A DNA stretch of 41,475 bases from Bryobacterales bacterium (GTDB taxonomy: Bacteria; Acidobacteriota; Terriglobia; Bryobacterales; Bryobacteraceae). A program made the translations under genes and the position numbers. The notes beneath the pieces are model-generated. The model was given only the letters and a program-made list of their open reading frames with translations, had not been told where the DNA came from and searched no databases. The DNA lies in NCBI GenBank assembly GCA_003154855.1, contig PMEV01000105.1, forward strand, positions 10,873-52,347, given 5' to 3'. Below, in pieces: positions 24,107 to 34,724 of the stretch (position 1 is its first letter; each line of letters starts with the position of its first letter).

Positions 24107-25219
24107 TTACAAGGTCCGCCGGAACAGCAGCGTGGATCCCGCCAGCACCACCGCCGAAGTCAGCGTCAGCGCGAAGATGTCGGTGGCCACCGCGGTAATG
24201 CCCACATCCTTGAGCAGCAGCGTGCGGAAGCCGTGGACGGCGTAGGTGAACGGGTCGCAGTTCGACATCAACCGCAGCCACCGGGGAAAGCCGGCGACCG
24301 GATAGAAGGCGCCGCTGGGAAAATACAGCAGCGTGTTGAGCACGCCGAAAATGGCGCGCGGCACCAGCGGGTCGCTGATGCGCGCCATGATGAAGAACAT
24401 CAAGCCGATCAGCGCGATCGAAGTGAGGGCGACCATCAGGGTCAGCTCCAACAGGCGCGCCGGCTGGAAGAAGTTGGGAACCCCCGCCACGATGGCCCCC
24501 AGCACCATCACCGTCTCTCCCGCCAGCACCGCCTTGATCACGCCCGACAGGTTGAAGCCCAGAATCAGCTCCCACTTGGTGATGGGGGTCACCATGTAGC
24601 CTTCGTGCAGGCCGCGCGACTTGTCGTCGATGAATAGCAGGCCGCCGCCGATCATGGCGGTCATGAAGATGGCCAGCGCTATCGAACCGGGCAGCAAGTA
24701 CTTGATGTAGTCGATGTAGGGATAGACTTCCACCACGTCCAGCGCGGCCTGCGCCGGTTCGCGGGGCGCGACCTCGGGCGCGTTGATCGAGGCCACCAGG
24801 TCCGACATCTGAGCGCCCACCGCACCCGCCACCGTGCGATCGGTGTTGTCGGTAATCAGCGCCAGACGCGGCTGGTGCCGTTCCAGCAGGTCGCGGGAAT
24901 AATGCTGTGGGATGATCAGAACCCCGCTCAGGACGCCCTTGCGCAGGTCGCCGACAGCGGCGCCCTGGTCGTCGTAATCGGTCGGCAGGAAGGTGCGCGC
25001 GTTGGCGCCCACCGCCCGGACGCGCTCCAGCACATCCACCGATTGCGGTCCCCGATCCAGGTTGACCACGCCCAAAATGACGTTCTTGATATTGCCGCCG
25101 AAGGCGTTGCCCAGAATGATCAACTGCAACAACGGCATCACCAAAGAGGCGACCAGCAGCGCCGGGCTGCGGAAAAACTTGCGCATATCGCGCTCGACCA
25201 ACGCCAAAGCTCGCTTCAT
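24107..25219 (-). CDS. ABC-2-type transporter permease
   Basis: 370 aa with one N-terminal TM helix, a large loop and then 5 C-terminal TM helices, typical of ABC-2 exporters. 4-nt ATGA overlap with the upstream ATPase gene. Confidence 0.8.
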   Translation of the reverse strand: MKRALALVERDMRKFFRSPALLVASLVMPLLQLIILGNAFGGNIKNVILGVVNLDRGPQSVDVLERVRAVGANARTFLPTDYDDQGAAVGDLRKGVLSGVLIIPQHYSRDLLERHQPRLALITDNTDRTVAGAVGAQMSDLVASINAPEVAPREPAQAALDVVEVYPYIDYIKYLLPGSIALAIFMTAMIGGGLLFIDDKSRGLHEGYMVTPITKWELILGFNLSGVIKAVLAGETVMVLGAIVAGVPNFFQPARLLELTLMVALTSIALIGLMFFIMARISDPLVPRAIFGVLNTLLYFPSGAFYPVAGFPRWLRLMSNCDPFTYAVHGFRTLLLKDVGITAVATDIFALTLTSAVVLAGSTLLFRRTL

Positions 25220-26235
25220 CGCGGACCGCCTCTCTTCCCTCCGCCGGCGGGACCGGCGGCTTCCGCCATCTCCGCCAGCCCGTGCCCGGTGTAATGCATG
25301 AATACGTCGTCCAGACTGGTGGATTCGACCGACAGGCTTTTCAGCTCCAGCTTGAGTTCGCGCGCCAGCTCGATCAGTTCCTGCGCCGAAGCCGGGCCAC
25401 GGTCGCTCGAAATGCGATAGGAGGCCGAGCCCAGCGCATGTACGCTCTTGACCGCCGGCAGCGCCTCCAGGTCCGCGGCGCCGTGGGGCAGATCGGGATC
25501 GAACTGCAACTCGATGCGGCTGGCGCCCGGTACCGACGCTTTCAACGCCACCGGCGTGTCCAGCGCTACGATGCGGCCGCTATCGACGATCGCCACCCGG
25601 TCGCAGAGGCGGTCGGCCTCGTCCATGTAGTGCGTGGTGAGAAAGAGCGTGCGTCCCTGCTGGGCGCGCAGATGCGTGATCATCTCCCACACCGAGATGC
25701 GCGAGGCCGGGTCCAGGCCGGTGGTCGGTTCGTCCAGGAACAGAATCTGCGGATCGTGCACCAGGCCGCGCGCGATCTCCAGACGCCGCCGCATGCCCCC
25801 CGACAACGTGGACGCCAGCGCGTTGGCGCGGTCGGCCAGGCCCACGGCTTCCAGCAACTCCGCCGTGCGCTCGCGGCGCCGCGCCCCGGTGATGCCGTAC
25901 AGCCGGGCGTGTATGCCCAGATTCTCCGCGCAGGTGAGTTCCGGGTCGCTGGTCATGTTCTGCGGAATCACCCCGATGCTCTGGCGCACCGCGTTGGGGT
26001 CGCGGATGATATCGTGCCCGGCCACGATCGCCGTCCCGCTCGTCGGCGGCACCAGCGTCGTCAGCATGCGGATGAGCGTGCTCTTGCCCGCGCCGTTCGG
26101 TCCCAGCAGCCCGAAGATCTCCCCGGCCTTGACCCCGAAGCTTACGTTGTCCACCGCCAGCAGCGCACCAAAGCGCTTGCTGATGCCCTGGACTTCGATC
26201 GCCACGCCGTTCGGGGATGGGCTTTGCGCTTCCAT
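25216..26235 (-). CDS. ABC transporter ATP-binding protein (DrrA/YbhF-like exporter ATPase)
   Basis: Walker A GLLGPNGAGKST, signature LSGGMRRRLEIA, Walker B ILFLDEPTTGLD, H-loop TTHYM. Confidence 0.9.
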   Translation of the reverse strand: MEAQSPSPNGVAIEVQGISKRFGALLAVDNVSFGVKAGEIFGLLGPNGAGKSTLIRMLTTLVPPTSGTAIVAGHDIIRDPNAVRQSIGVIPQNMTSDPELTCAENLGIHARLYGITGARRRERTAELLEAVGLADRANALASTLSGGMRRRLEIARGLVHDPQILFLDEPTTGLDPASRISVWEMITHLRAQQGRTLFLTTHYMDEADRLCDRVAIVDSGRIVALDTPVALKASVPGASRIELQFDPDLPHGAADLEALPAVKSVHALGSASYRISSDRGPASAQELIELARELKLELKSLSVESTSLDDVFMHYTGHGLAEMAEAAGPAGGGKRGGPR

Positions 26236-26240
26236 CGCGC

Positions 26241-27356
26241 CTAGTCCCTCGCGCCGCCGACCCGAGCGGGCGGCAGCGCCGGCACCGGCAGCATCACCCA
26301 GGCCGTCATGCCCAGCGCGAGCTTGCCCTCCGGATTCGACACGCGTACCCGTATGGCCACCGTCTTGATGTCGCGCTTGGTCCGGCTGACATCCCGCTGC
26401 GTGGCAAAATCGGCTTCCACCGCTTTATAGATCACCGGACCCGTCGTCTCGGCGCCCGAAGGCAGGCGTACCCGCAGAGTCTGTCCCATGGCGATCAGAT
26501 CGGCGTAGGTTTCCTCGACGTCGGCGTCCACCCAGGTCGAGCTCAAGTCGAAGAGCGTGACGATCGGACTGCCGGGACTCACCACCTCGCCTTGCCGCGC
26601 CGCCCGCAGCGTCACAATGCCGCTGGCCGGCGCGAAAATCTGGGTCTGGCCGAAGCGCGCCGAGGCGGCTAAGGCATTGGACCTGGCTTGCGCCTCGGCC
26701 GCGCGCAACGACTCGGTCTGCCGCCGTTGCACCCCCACCTGGCTTTCCTCCTGCTGGGTGTCCGCCAGCGCCGCCCGCGCCGCCGCCACCGATCGCTGCA
26801 TCGCCTCGGCCCCCGCTTGCGCCGCCCGCTCGTTGGCCTTGGCGGAGTCCAGATCGGTTTGGGCCGTGACCAGATCTTGCGGCGGGTTGATGTCCCTTTC
26901 CACCAGCGGCCGTATGCGGTTCAAATTGTCCTGGGCCTTGGCCACCGCCGCCTGGGTTTGCGCCACTTGTGCCTGCGCCTGCTGCAGTTGGGCTTGGGCT
27001 TGCGCCAGTTGCGCTTCCGCCTGCCGGACTTTCGTGGGCAACGTGTTTTCCAGCAGCTCCGTCTGGGCCACCGATTGCTGCGCGCTGGCGCGGGCCTGTG
27101 CGACGGCGTCTTTGGCCGCACCCTGGTCCGCGCGCAATTCGTCCTGGTCCAGAACGGCGATCAGGTCGCCGGCCTTGACCCATTGCCCGTCCTCCACCGC
27201 CAGGCTTACGATGCGCCCCGTGATCTTGCTGCCCACCACCACTTCGTTGCCGTCCACGGTGCCGGTCAGCACCAGTGTCTGCGGACGCGGACGCTGCGCC
27301 CACCAGATCGCCGCGGCGATGGCCACGGCCAGCAACACCAGAATCGCTCGTTTCAT
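26241..27356 (-). CDS. HlyD-family membrane-fusion (periplasmic adaptor) protein
   Basis: N-terminal anchor MKRAILVLLAVAIAAAIWWA. Lipoyl-like segment GRIVSLAVEDGQWVKAGDLIAVLD. Long Ala/Gln coiled coil (QAEAQLAQAQAQLQQAQAQVAQTQAAV). The stop is 5 nt before the ATPase start. Confidence 0.85.
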   Translation of the reverse strand: MKRAILVLLAVAIAAAIWWAQRPRPQTLVLTGTVDGNEVVVGSKITGRIVSLAVEDGQWVKAGDLIAVLDQDELRADQGAAKDAVAQARASAQQSVAQTELLENTLPTKVRQAEAQLAQAQAQLQQAQAQVAQTQAAVAKAQDNLNRIRPLVERDINPPQDLVTAQTDLDSAKANERAAQAGAEAMQRSVAAARAALADTQQEESQVGVQRRQTESLRAAEAQARSNALAASARFGQTQIFAPASGIVTLRAARQGEVVSPGSPIVTLFDLSSTWVDADVEETYADLIAMGQTLRVRLPSGAETTGPVIYKAVEADFATQRDVSRTKRDIKTVAIRVRVSNPEGKLALGMTAWVMLPVPALPPARVGGARD

Positions 27357-27402
27357 GCGCCAGACCTCGTTCGATCAGAACCTAAATAGATTGTAAAGCG
27401 AA

Positions 27403-28042
27403 TCATTGGGAATGTCCATTGTCTCCGGCTTCGCGTTTCCGGTGCCGACGGCATTGGGCCACCACGTCGCGGATGGCCGCGATCGCAACCTCCGGCCGGT
27501 CCAGCGCGATCATGTGGCCGCTGCCCTCGGCATAGACGTGGGAACCGCGTGAGGATAGGCGCGTCAACTCGTCCTGCATCGGGTACCAGAATGCGAGAAA
27601 CCGCTTGGCGTCGGCGGACCAAGGCGCCTGAGAAACCACGACGAGCGGAATATCGCCCAGCAAACCCGTCGCGCCGGCCTGGGCGAAACTGACGTCGGAG
27701 CCCGCCATCTCCGCCAGCGTTCCTTCGTTCTGCCGCACCGTGCAATCGTAGCTCCGCAGCGCCGCTTTCCTCCCGCCCACCGCACTCCCGTACCACCTCC
27801 GGCCTCACCTTGTACCAATCCAGCCAGGCGTCGGAGAGCCCGGATTCCAAGACCACGGTGGGAGAACCTTGGCCGCTGCACAAGAGGTGCATGCGCAGAC
27901 CCTTCACCTCCACGAATCTTCCCGGCGCGGGATTGCAGTGCCTGTCCCAGTTGCCGGCGATCCACCGATAGAGCGCGCCCGCGCCAGCCAGAAAACCCAG
28001 GAGACAGACCAGGCCTCCTCCCAGATACTCCGCCCAAAGGTC
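27403..28042 (-). pseudogene. Alpha/beta-hydrolase remnant: 5'-truncated, frameshifted and internally deleted
   Basis: One frame (from 28042, with no start codon before the GTG at 27913) gives ..GGGLVCLLGFLAGAGALYRWIAGNW..VEVKGLRMHLLCSGQGSPTVVLESGLSDAWLDWYKV. A second frame (27403-27780) gives ..RSYDCTV...LLGDIPLVVVSQ...YAEGSGHMIALDRPE, which holds the catalytic His region. About 100 aa including the GxSxG nucleophile elbow are absent. Confidence 0.5.
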
Positions 28043-28055
28043 TCAAAGTCCGCCG

Positions 28056-30497
<2,442 letters not shown>

Positions 30498-30511
30498 GGC
30501 TTACCCGCCCA

Positions 30512-31042
30512 TCACCGTTTTCCCGATTGCGCCAGGCTTAGTAACTTGGCGCTAATGCGAAGTCCCGCACGCTCCGCTGCCGCCGTGCCGATTTCTATCC
30601 GAACCTTCTCCCCGTCCAGCCTGAAATCGATCACGCCGCCATTCGCTAGAAACTCTTCTGACTCCCCCACCGTAAGTATGCTGCTGCCCTGCAGCGCTTC
30701 CAGCCACTCCCGGGAACGCTTGCGCCTGGACCCGCCGATGAAAACGATCTGGCACTCTCTCGCTTGTTGCTCGTCCGAAACCTGCCGCACGCTAACCCTC
30801 CGGTTTCCGGCGACGGTCTGCCCCGCCGCCCGATCCAGCTCCGGCCCAAACGGATTCTCCCCCAGCACGCAGATCGCGATAGGGGCGCCCGGCTTCTTGA
30901 AGGCTTGCGCCGGCCAGTCGACGAACTTCGTAAAGTTCAGCAGAAACGCGCCCTTTACCTGATACTCCTCCGCCACGGGCTCCGCCCCGCAGGCCAGGCC
31001 CGCCATGCCCAGCAGGGCAATTGCCATGGAGCGGATGAGCAT
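30512..31042 (-). CDS. YfiR-family (DUF4154) periplasmic protein
   Basis: Signal peptide ..GLACGAEP. Family hallmarks: YQVKGAFLLNFTKFVDWP, ICVLGENPFG, CQIVFIGGS, ILTVGESEEFLANGGVIDF, GLRISAKLLSLA. Confidence 0.8.
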   Translation of the reverse strand: MLIRSMAIALLGMAGLACGAEPVAEEYQVKGAFLLNFTKFVDWPAQAFKKPGAPIAICVLGENPFGPELDRAAGQTVAGNRRVSVRQVSDEQQARECQIVFIGGSRRKRSREWLEALQGSSILTVGESEEFLANGGVIDFRLDGEKVRIEIGTAAAERAGLRISAKLLSLAQSGKR

Positions 31043-31055
31043 AGCCCCACCCGCG

Positions 31056-33068
31056 CTATTCTTTTCGCCAGACTTCGACGCCGAAATAGAGCGTCCTGCC
31101 TTGAACCACCGGCATGGTGTTCGCCGAGGTCGTCCCCAAGGCCGGCAGCCATATCTGCGTGTTCGTCAGGTCGTCGCCGTGCAGAAACAGGGCAATGCCC
31201 TCGCCACTGCCTTTTAGCCAATGTTTCGTCAGATCGTAACGCGCGTGAGCGCACACGGAATGGAACGCCCCGGGCCGCTGGTTAATGGCCGCCGCGTAAC
31301 CGCCAAGGTGTCCCTGATAGGCGTCGAACACGCTGACATCGAGTCCGTTCTCCGCCATATAGCTGATGCCCGCCTTCGCTCCCAGGCTTGGGATGACGCT
31401 CAAAGCGGCAATCGCTTTATTGTGGTTCACCTGGTAAAGCAATGACTCCACCAGGAACCAGTGCCGCCCGAAGTAATACTTGCCTTCCGACTCGATTCCC
31501 TGAAAGATCGCCGGGGAGCTGAGGTTGTAGTAACGTGCCGGATGGGTGCTGCCGTTTTCGAAGATGAGTTCGGTCTCTCGGCTGTGGAAGTAGTCCACGC
31601 TCGCTTGCACACGATTGCTTTGATAACTCGCTTGCAAGTCCAGCGTCCCCACCTTCTCCGGAACCAGATTGGGGTTCCCCGTCAGACCCGGGTGAGTCAG
31701 CCCCGTTTCATCCAGGCTGGGCGCGCGGAAGGCGCCGCCGTATAGCGCCTTCAGCGTGAAGTGCTGGGCCGGATTCCACAGGATGCCGGCTCGCGGCACC
31801 ACATCCAGATCGAGCCTACCGGTCTTGTTCGCTTGCAAGCCCCCCACCAGCTTCACGTCCTCCGTCAGCTTGTGCTCGTCCTCCGCGTAGAATGAGCTTC
31901 CCCACCGTTGCCCGTTTTCCACCATCAGGGCTGGCCCCACGCCGGTGTACATTTCCGTGCCTCGAATGTGGTTGACCGCCGCGCCAAACGTCACCCGGTC
32001 TTTCGCCGACAGCGTCGCGAAGTTGGTCCACTCGAAGTCCGCTTCATTCGCGTCCCGATGTGCGTCGGGGTAATCCGGCGCGTCCAACTGGGTTCGGGCG
32101 TAGGTGAGATTGAAGCTCATCTGCCACTTGGTGGCCGCTTGGAGAGTGTACCCCAGATCGCCGAATCCCCTCCTCGATCTCACGTCTCCCACGATTCCTC
32201 TGACGAATGAGGCATCCTCAACCGCTGTGTAAGAGGACATAAAACTCAGCCCCTTGTAGTTGACGCCCAGATACAAGCCTTCGCCATCGTCTCGCAGCGT
32301 GGCGTCCTGCGAGTAAGCGAGGTTGGAAGGATTATGGGCGCTCTGGAAAACGGTATTCCACAGGGGCATCCGATGGTACTGGCCCCCCTCGACAACGTTG
32401 AGACCGCCCCGCTCGAAGAGGATCTCCTCCGACGCCGCCGCTTCGCCCGCGCCGCCGCCGGCTCCTCTGACGTGCCAGCTATTGCCCTCCGCCTTTTGAG
32501 TAATCAGATTGATCACCCCCGAGTACGCGTCCGAACCATACAGCACCGATCCCGGGCCTTTGATCACTTCGATTCTCTCCAGCAGATTCACCGGAAAAGA
32601 TTCCAGGATGTCCGAACTTACTCCGCCCTCGATGACCTCCCGCACCGGACGCCCGTTGATCAGGATGAGAATGTGCCCGGCGTCCGTCCGGGTCTGGTCT
32701 CCTCGCACCGCCACGATGCTGCGATCGGCGAAGAAGGCGCTGCTCCCGGTGAGTCCCGCTACCCGCTCCAGGATTTCCAGCAGCGTGAATCCCGCAAATC
32801 GGCGCAGCTCGTCCTTGGAGACCACCGACATCACGCTCGGCGCGTCCGAGAGCTTTTGTGCGAACTTGGACGCCGTCGTCACCTTAGTGTTGAACAGCGC
32901 GTCCAGATCCATCGAGAATGGGCTGCTCGCCGCGCTCGTTTGCTTGGAGTCGTCTTGCCCCAGGCTGCCCTGGTCGGAGCCATCTTGCGGCAGGGGTTGG
33001 CCGAGACTCGCTGTCGCTGTTAACCACAAGACCGAGATGCCTATGGACAGGAATAGACCGCGTTCCAC
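31056..33068 (-). CDS. TonB-dependent outer-membrane receptor
   Basis: GTG start with GGAGGAGC 9 nt upstream, then a signal peptide. Plug region LDALFNTKVTTASKFAQKLSDAPSVMSVVSKDELRRFAGFTLLEILERVAGL and IEVIKGPGSVLYGSDAYSGVINLIT. Long beta-barrel ending ..RTLYFGVEVWRKE. Confidence 0.9.
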   Translation of the reverse strand: MERGLFLSIGISVLWLTATASLGQPLPQDGSDQGSLGQDDSKQTSAASSPFSMDLDALFNTKVTTASKFAQKLSDAPSVMSVVSKDELRRFAGFTLLEILERVAGLTGSSAFFADRSIVAVRGDQTRTDAGHILILINGRPVREVIEGGVSSDILESFPVNLLERIEVIKGPGSVLYGSDAYSGVINLITQKAEGNSWHVRGAGGGAGEAAASEEILFERGGLNVVEGGQYHRMPLWNTVFQSAHNPSNLAYSQDATLRDDGEGLYLGVNYKGLSFMSSYTAVEDASFVRGIVGDVRSRRGFGDLGYTLQAATKWQMSFNLTYARTQLDAPDYPDAHRDANEADFEWTNFATLSAKDRVTFGAAVNHIRGTEMYTGVGPALMVENGQRWGSSFYAEDEHKLTEDVKLVGGLQANKTGRLDLDVVPRAGILWNPAQHFTLKALYGGAFRAPSLDETGLTHPGLTGNPNLVPEKVGTLDLQASYQSNRVQASVDYFHSRETELIFENGSTHPARYYNLSSPAIFQGIESEGKYYFGRHWFLVESLLYQVNHNKAIAALSVIPSLGAKAGISYMAENGLDVSVFDAYQGHLGGYAAAINQRPGAFHSVCAHARYDLTKHWLKGSGEGIALFLHGDDLTNTQIWLPALGTTSANTMPVVQGRTLYFGVEVWRKE

Positions 33069-33127
33069 GTGAGTGTCGCTCCTCCATGTCCTTATCGGAA
33101 GGGAACGCCGATGTGAGAAGGAAACTG

Positions 33128-33218
33128 CCGGGAGGCCGGCCTAAGGAGGCTGCCAGTGCCTGGCACGGATTCCTCGCCGGATCCCCTAGCCAGCCCCCCC
33201 CCCGGCCCGGCCTCCCGG
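33128..33218 (-). other. Perfect 12-bp inverted repeat (CCGGGAGGCCGG / CCGGCCTCCCGG) enclosing a 67-nt loop. Either the terminator of the upstream gene or leader structure of the TonB-receptor operon
   Basis: Arms at 33128-33139 and 33207-33218, read directly. The loop contains the small hairpin GCCAG-TGC-CTGGC (33152-33164) and a C10 tract. GGCCTAAGG (33138-33146) is also complementary to CCTTAGGCC (33241-33249), which lies outside the stem. Confidence 0.6.
33194..33203. repeat. Homopolymeric C10 (G10 on the transcribed minus strand) tract
   Basis: Ten consecutive C read directly. It lies in the 183-nt intergenic leader upstream of the TonB-receptor/YfiR/kinase operon. Confidence 0.9.
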
Positions 33219-33251
33219 TTGCTTATCGGGAGCCCGCTGCCCTTAGGCCGC

Positions 33252-34679
33252 TCAGCCCCGCGTGCCGAGCAGCTTCGCGATCACATCGGCGGCACTGTAG
33301 GAACCGTCCCCGTTGGTCAGGAAACTGGCCACGTCGATCAGGCAGTCGCCACAGGTGACCAGCCCGGTTTCGACATAGGCGCCGGCCTGAATCTGCGCCA
33401 GGCCGATGTTGGCCAGCAGCGCGTTGCACAGGCACTTGCGGCCGGTCGTTTTCTCGCCGGCCCCACCCTTCGCCAGGTAGGTGGCTACGGGTTCGGCGGC
33501 ACACCGGTAGCCGATCCCGCCGGAGGGTAACCGGTAGGCCTCCCGCAGGTAGCCAAGATCGCAGATGCGCGGCCGCTCGGCATAGACCTCCGCCTCCGCC
33601 ACCGTACCCTTGAGTGGCACGGTTTTGAACGGGAATCCGGTCGGCGAAGCCAGCGGATCGGTGAACACCTTCATCTCTCCCGCCAGCACGCTCGCCAGGA
33701 TGGCGCGTTTGTAATCCTCCCGCAGTGCGGACTCCTCGCACAGCGCGAATGGCGTACCCACCTGAACGCCCGCCGCGCCCGCCGCCAGGGCCTCTCTCAG
33801 CCCCTCCGGCGTCCCGTATCCCCCGGCCAGCCAGAAGGGCAGGCCCAATTCCTTGAGCTTCCCCAGATCGACCTCGTCGCGCTCGCCATACACCGGTTCG
33901 CCCGCTTCGCTCAGCGGAGCCTTCCCACGCGGCGGCGCGTTGTGGCCGCCGGCGGTGGGACCCTCCACCACGAATCCATCCACCCGCCCGTTGGCCTTCT
34001 TCACCATGGTCGTAGCCAGCGTGTTGGACGCGATGATGGCCAGAAAGTACGGCCGTCTCAGCGGCGGCAGGTCGCCTTCCATGAACTCCTTCGGCGTGAA
34101 AGTGACGGTTGCGTTCTCGGCCTTTTCGCCTCCCGCCACATGCATGGCATAGGCCGCCGGCTGGTGCTGCGCCAGCGCGTCCAGTGCACCGGGAATCCGC
34201 AGAGGAATTCCCGCGCCCATCAGCACGTACCCCGCGCCCGCCAGCATGGCGCCGTACAGCGACGGAAGGTGCGGAATCTGGACCTTCTCCAGATAGTTCA
34301 CTCCCACCGGGTTCTCATGACCCTCCCGCGCCAGCGCCACCTCGACGTAGTTGGCCACGATGCACAGCTCGCACCGCTCCACTGGGCCGTCCCTGTTGTG
34401 CATGGGGAGTTGCCGGTAAGGCTGGTCGGGAGCCTTGCCGCCCGGGATGAAGTACTTGTTCCATACCCGCTCGGCCATCTTCCGGAACGGGAAGCCCTCC
34501 AGTCCCCGGCGCATATTCCCGCCCTCGTCGCCGTCCTGAAGGCGCCGCGCGAATACCTGATCCATGGCCGTCCCGGAAACCACGCCCAACTGGCCCAGCC
34601 GGGCCACGGCCCGCGCCAGCTTCCAGCTCGATACGGCCACCCCCAGGCCGCCCTGAATAATCGTGGGATGAGTTTTCAC
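33252..34679 (-). CDS. Nitronate monooxygenase / NAD(P)H-dependent flavin oxidoreductase family protein (long form)
   Basis: GTG start. N-terminus KTHPTIIQGGLGVAVSSWKLARAVARLGQLGVVSG and FMN-barrel-like segments (GFVVEGPTAGGHN, PFWLAGGYGTPEGL) are typical of the 2-nitropropane-dioxygenase-like family. Confidence 0.7.
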   Translation of the reverse strand: MKTHPTIIQGGLGVAVSSWKLARAVARLGQLGVVSGTAMDQVFARRLQDGDEGGNMRRGLEGFPFRKMAERVWNKYFIPGGKAPDQPYRQLPMHNRDGPVERCELCIVANYVEVALAREGHENPVGVNYLEKVQIPHLPSLYGAMLAGAGYVLMGAGIPLRIPGALDALAQHQPAAYAMHVAGGEKAENATVTFTPKEFMEGDLPPLRRPYFLAIIASNTLATTMVKKANGRVDGFVVEGPTAGGHNAPPRGKAPLSEAGEPVYGERDEVDLGKLKELGLPFWLAGGYGTPEGLREALAAGAAGVQVGTPFALCEESALREDYKRAILASVLAGEMKVFTDPLASPTGFPFKTVPLKGTVAEAEVYAERPRICDLGYLREAYRLPSGGIGYRCAAEPVATYLAKGGAGEKTTGRKCLCNALLANIGLAQIQAGAYVETGLVTCGDCLIDVASFLTNGDGSYSAADVIAKLLGTRG

Positions 34680-34724
34680 GCCAGGTACAATTCTCGCACG
34701 CTACACACGAACAGGGTAAACGGC

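Noticed and set aside
27357-27402. Promoter/operator upstream of hlyD (TTTACA and the GTTC-N5-GAAC dyad).
   Set aside because: No -10 partner at proper spacing, and the dyad has only 4-bp arms. Too weak to call.
33091-33229. Repeated 8-mer CTTATCGG (33091-33098 and 33222-33229) in the same leader.
   Set aside because: A single 8-mer recurrence in ~180 nt is near chance expectation, and there is no further flanking similarity.
33069-33251. Possible cobalamin (or other) riboswitch in the leader of the TonB-dependent receptor.
   Set aside because: There is only a loose resemblance (GGGAGGCCGGGCC) to the B12-box consensus, and the other conserved riboswitch elements are not visible. Reported instead as an unclassified structured leader. 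An Rfam scan would settle it.
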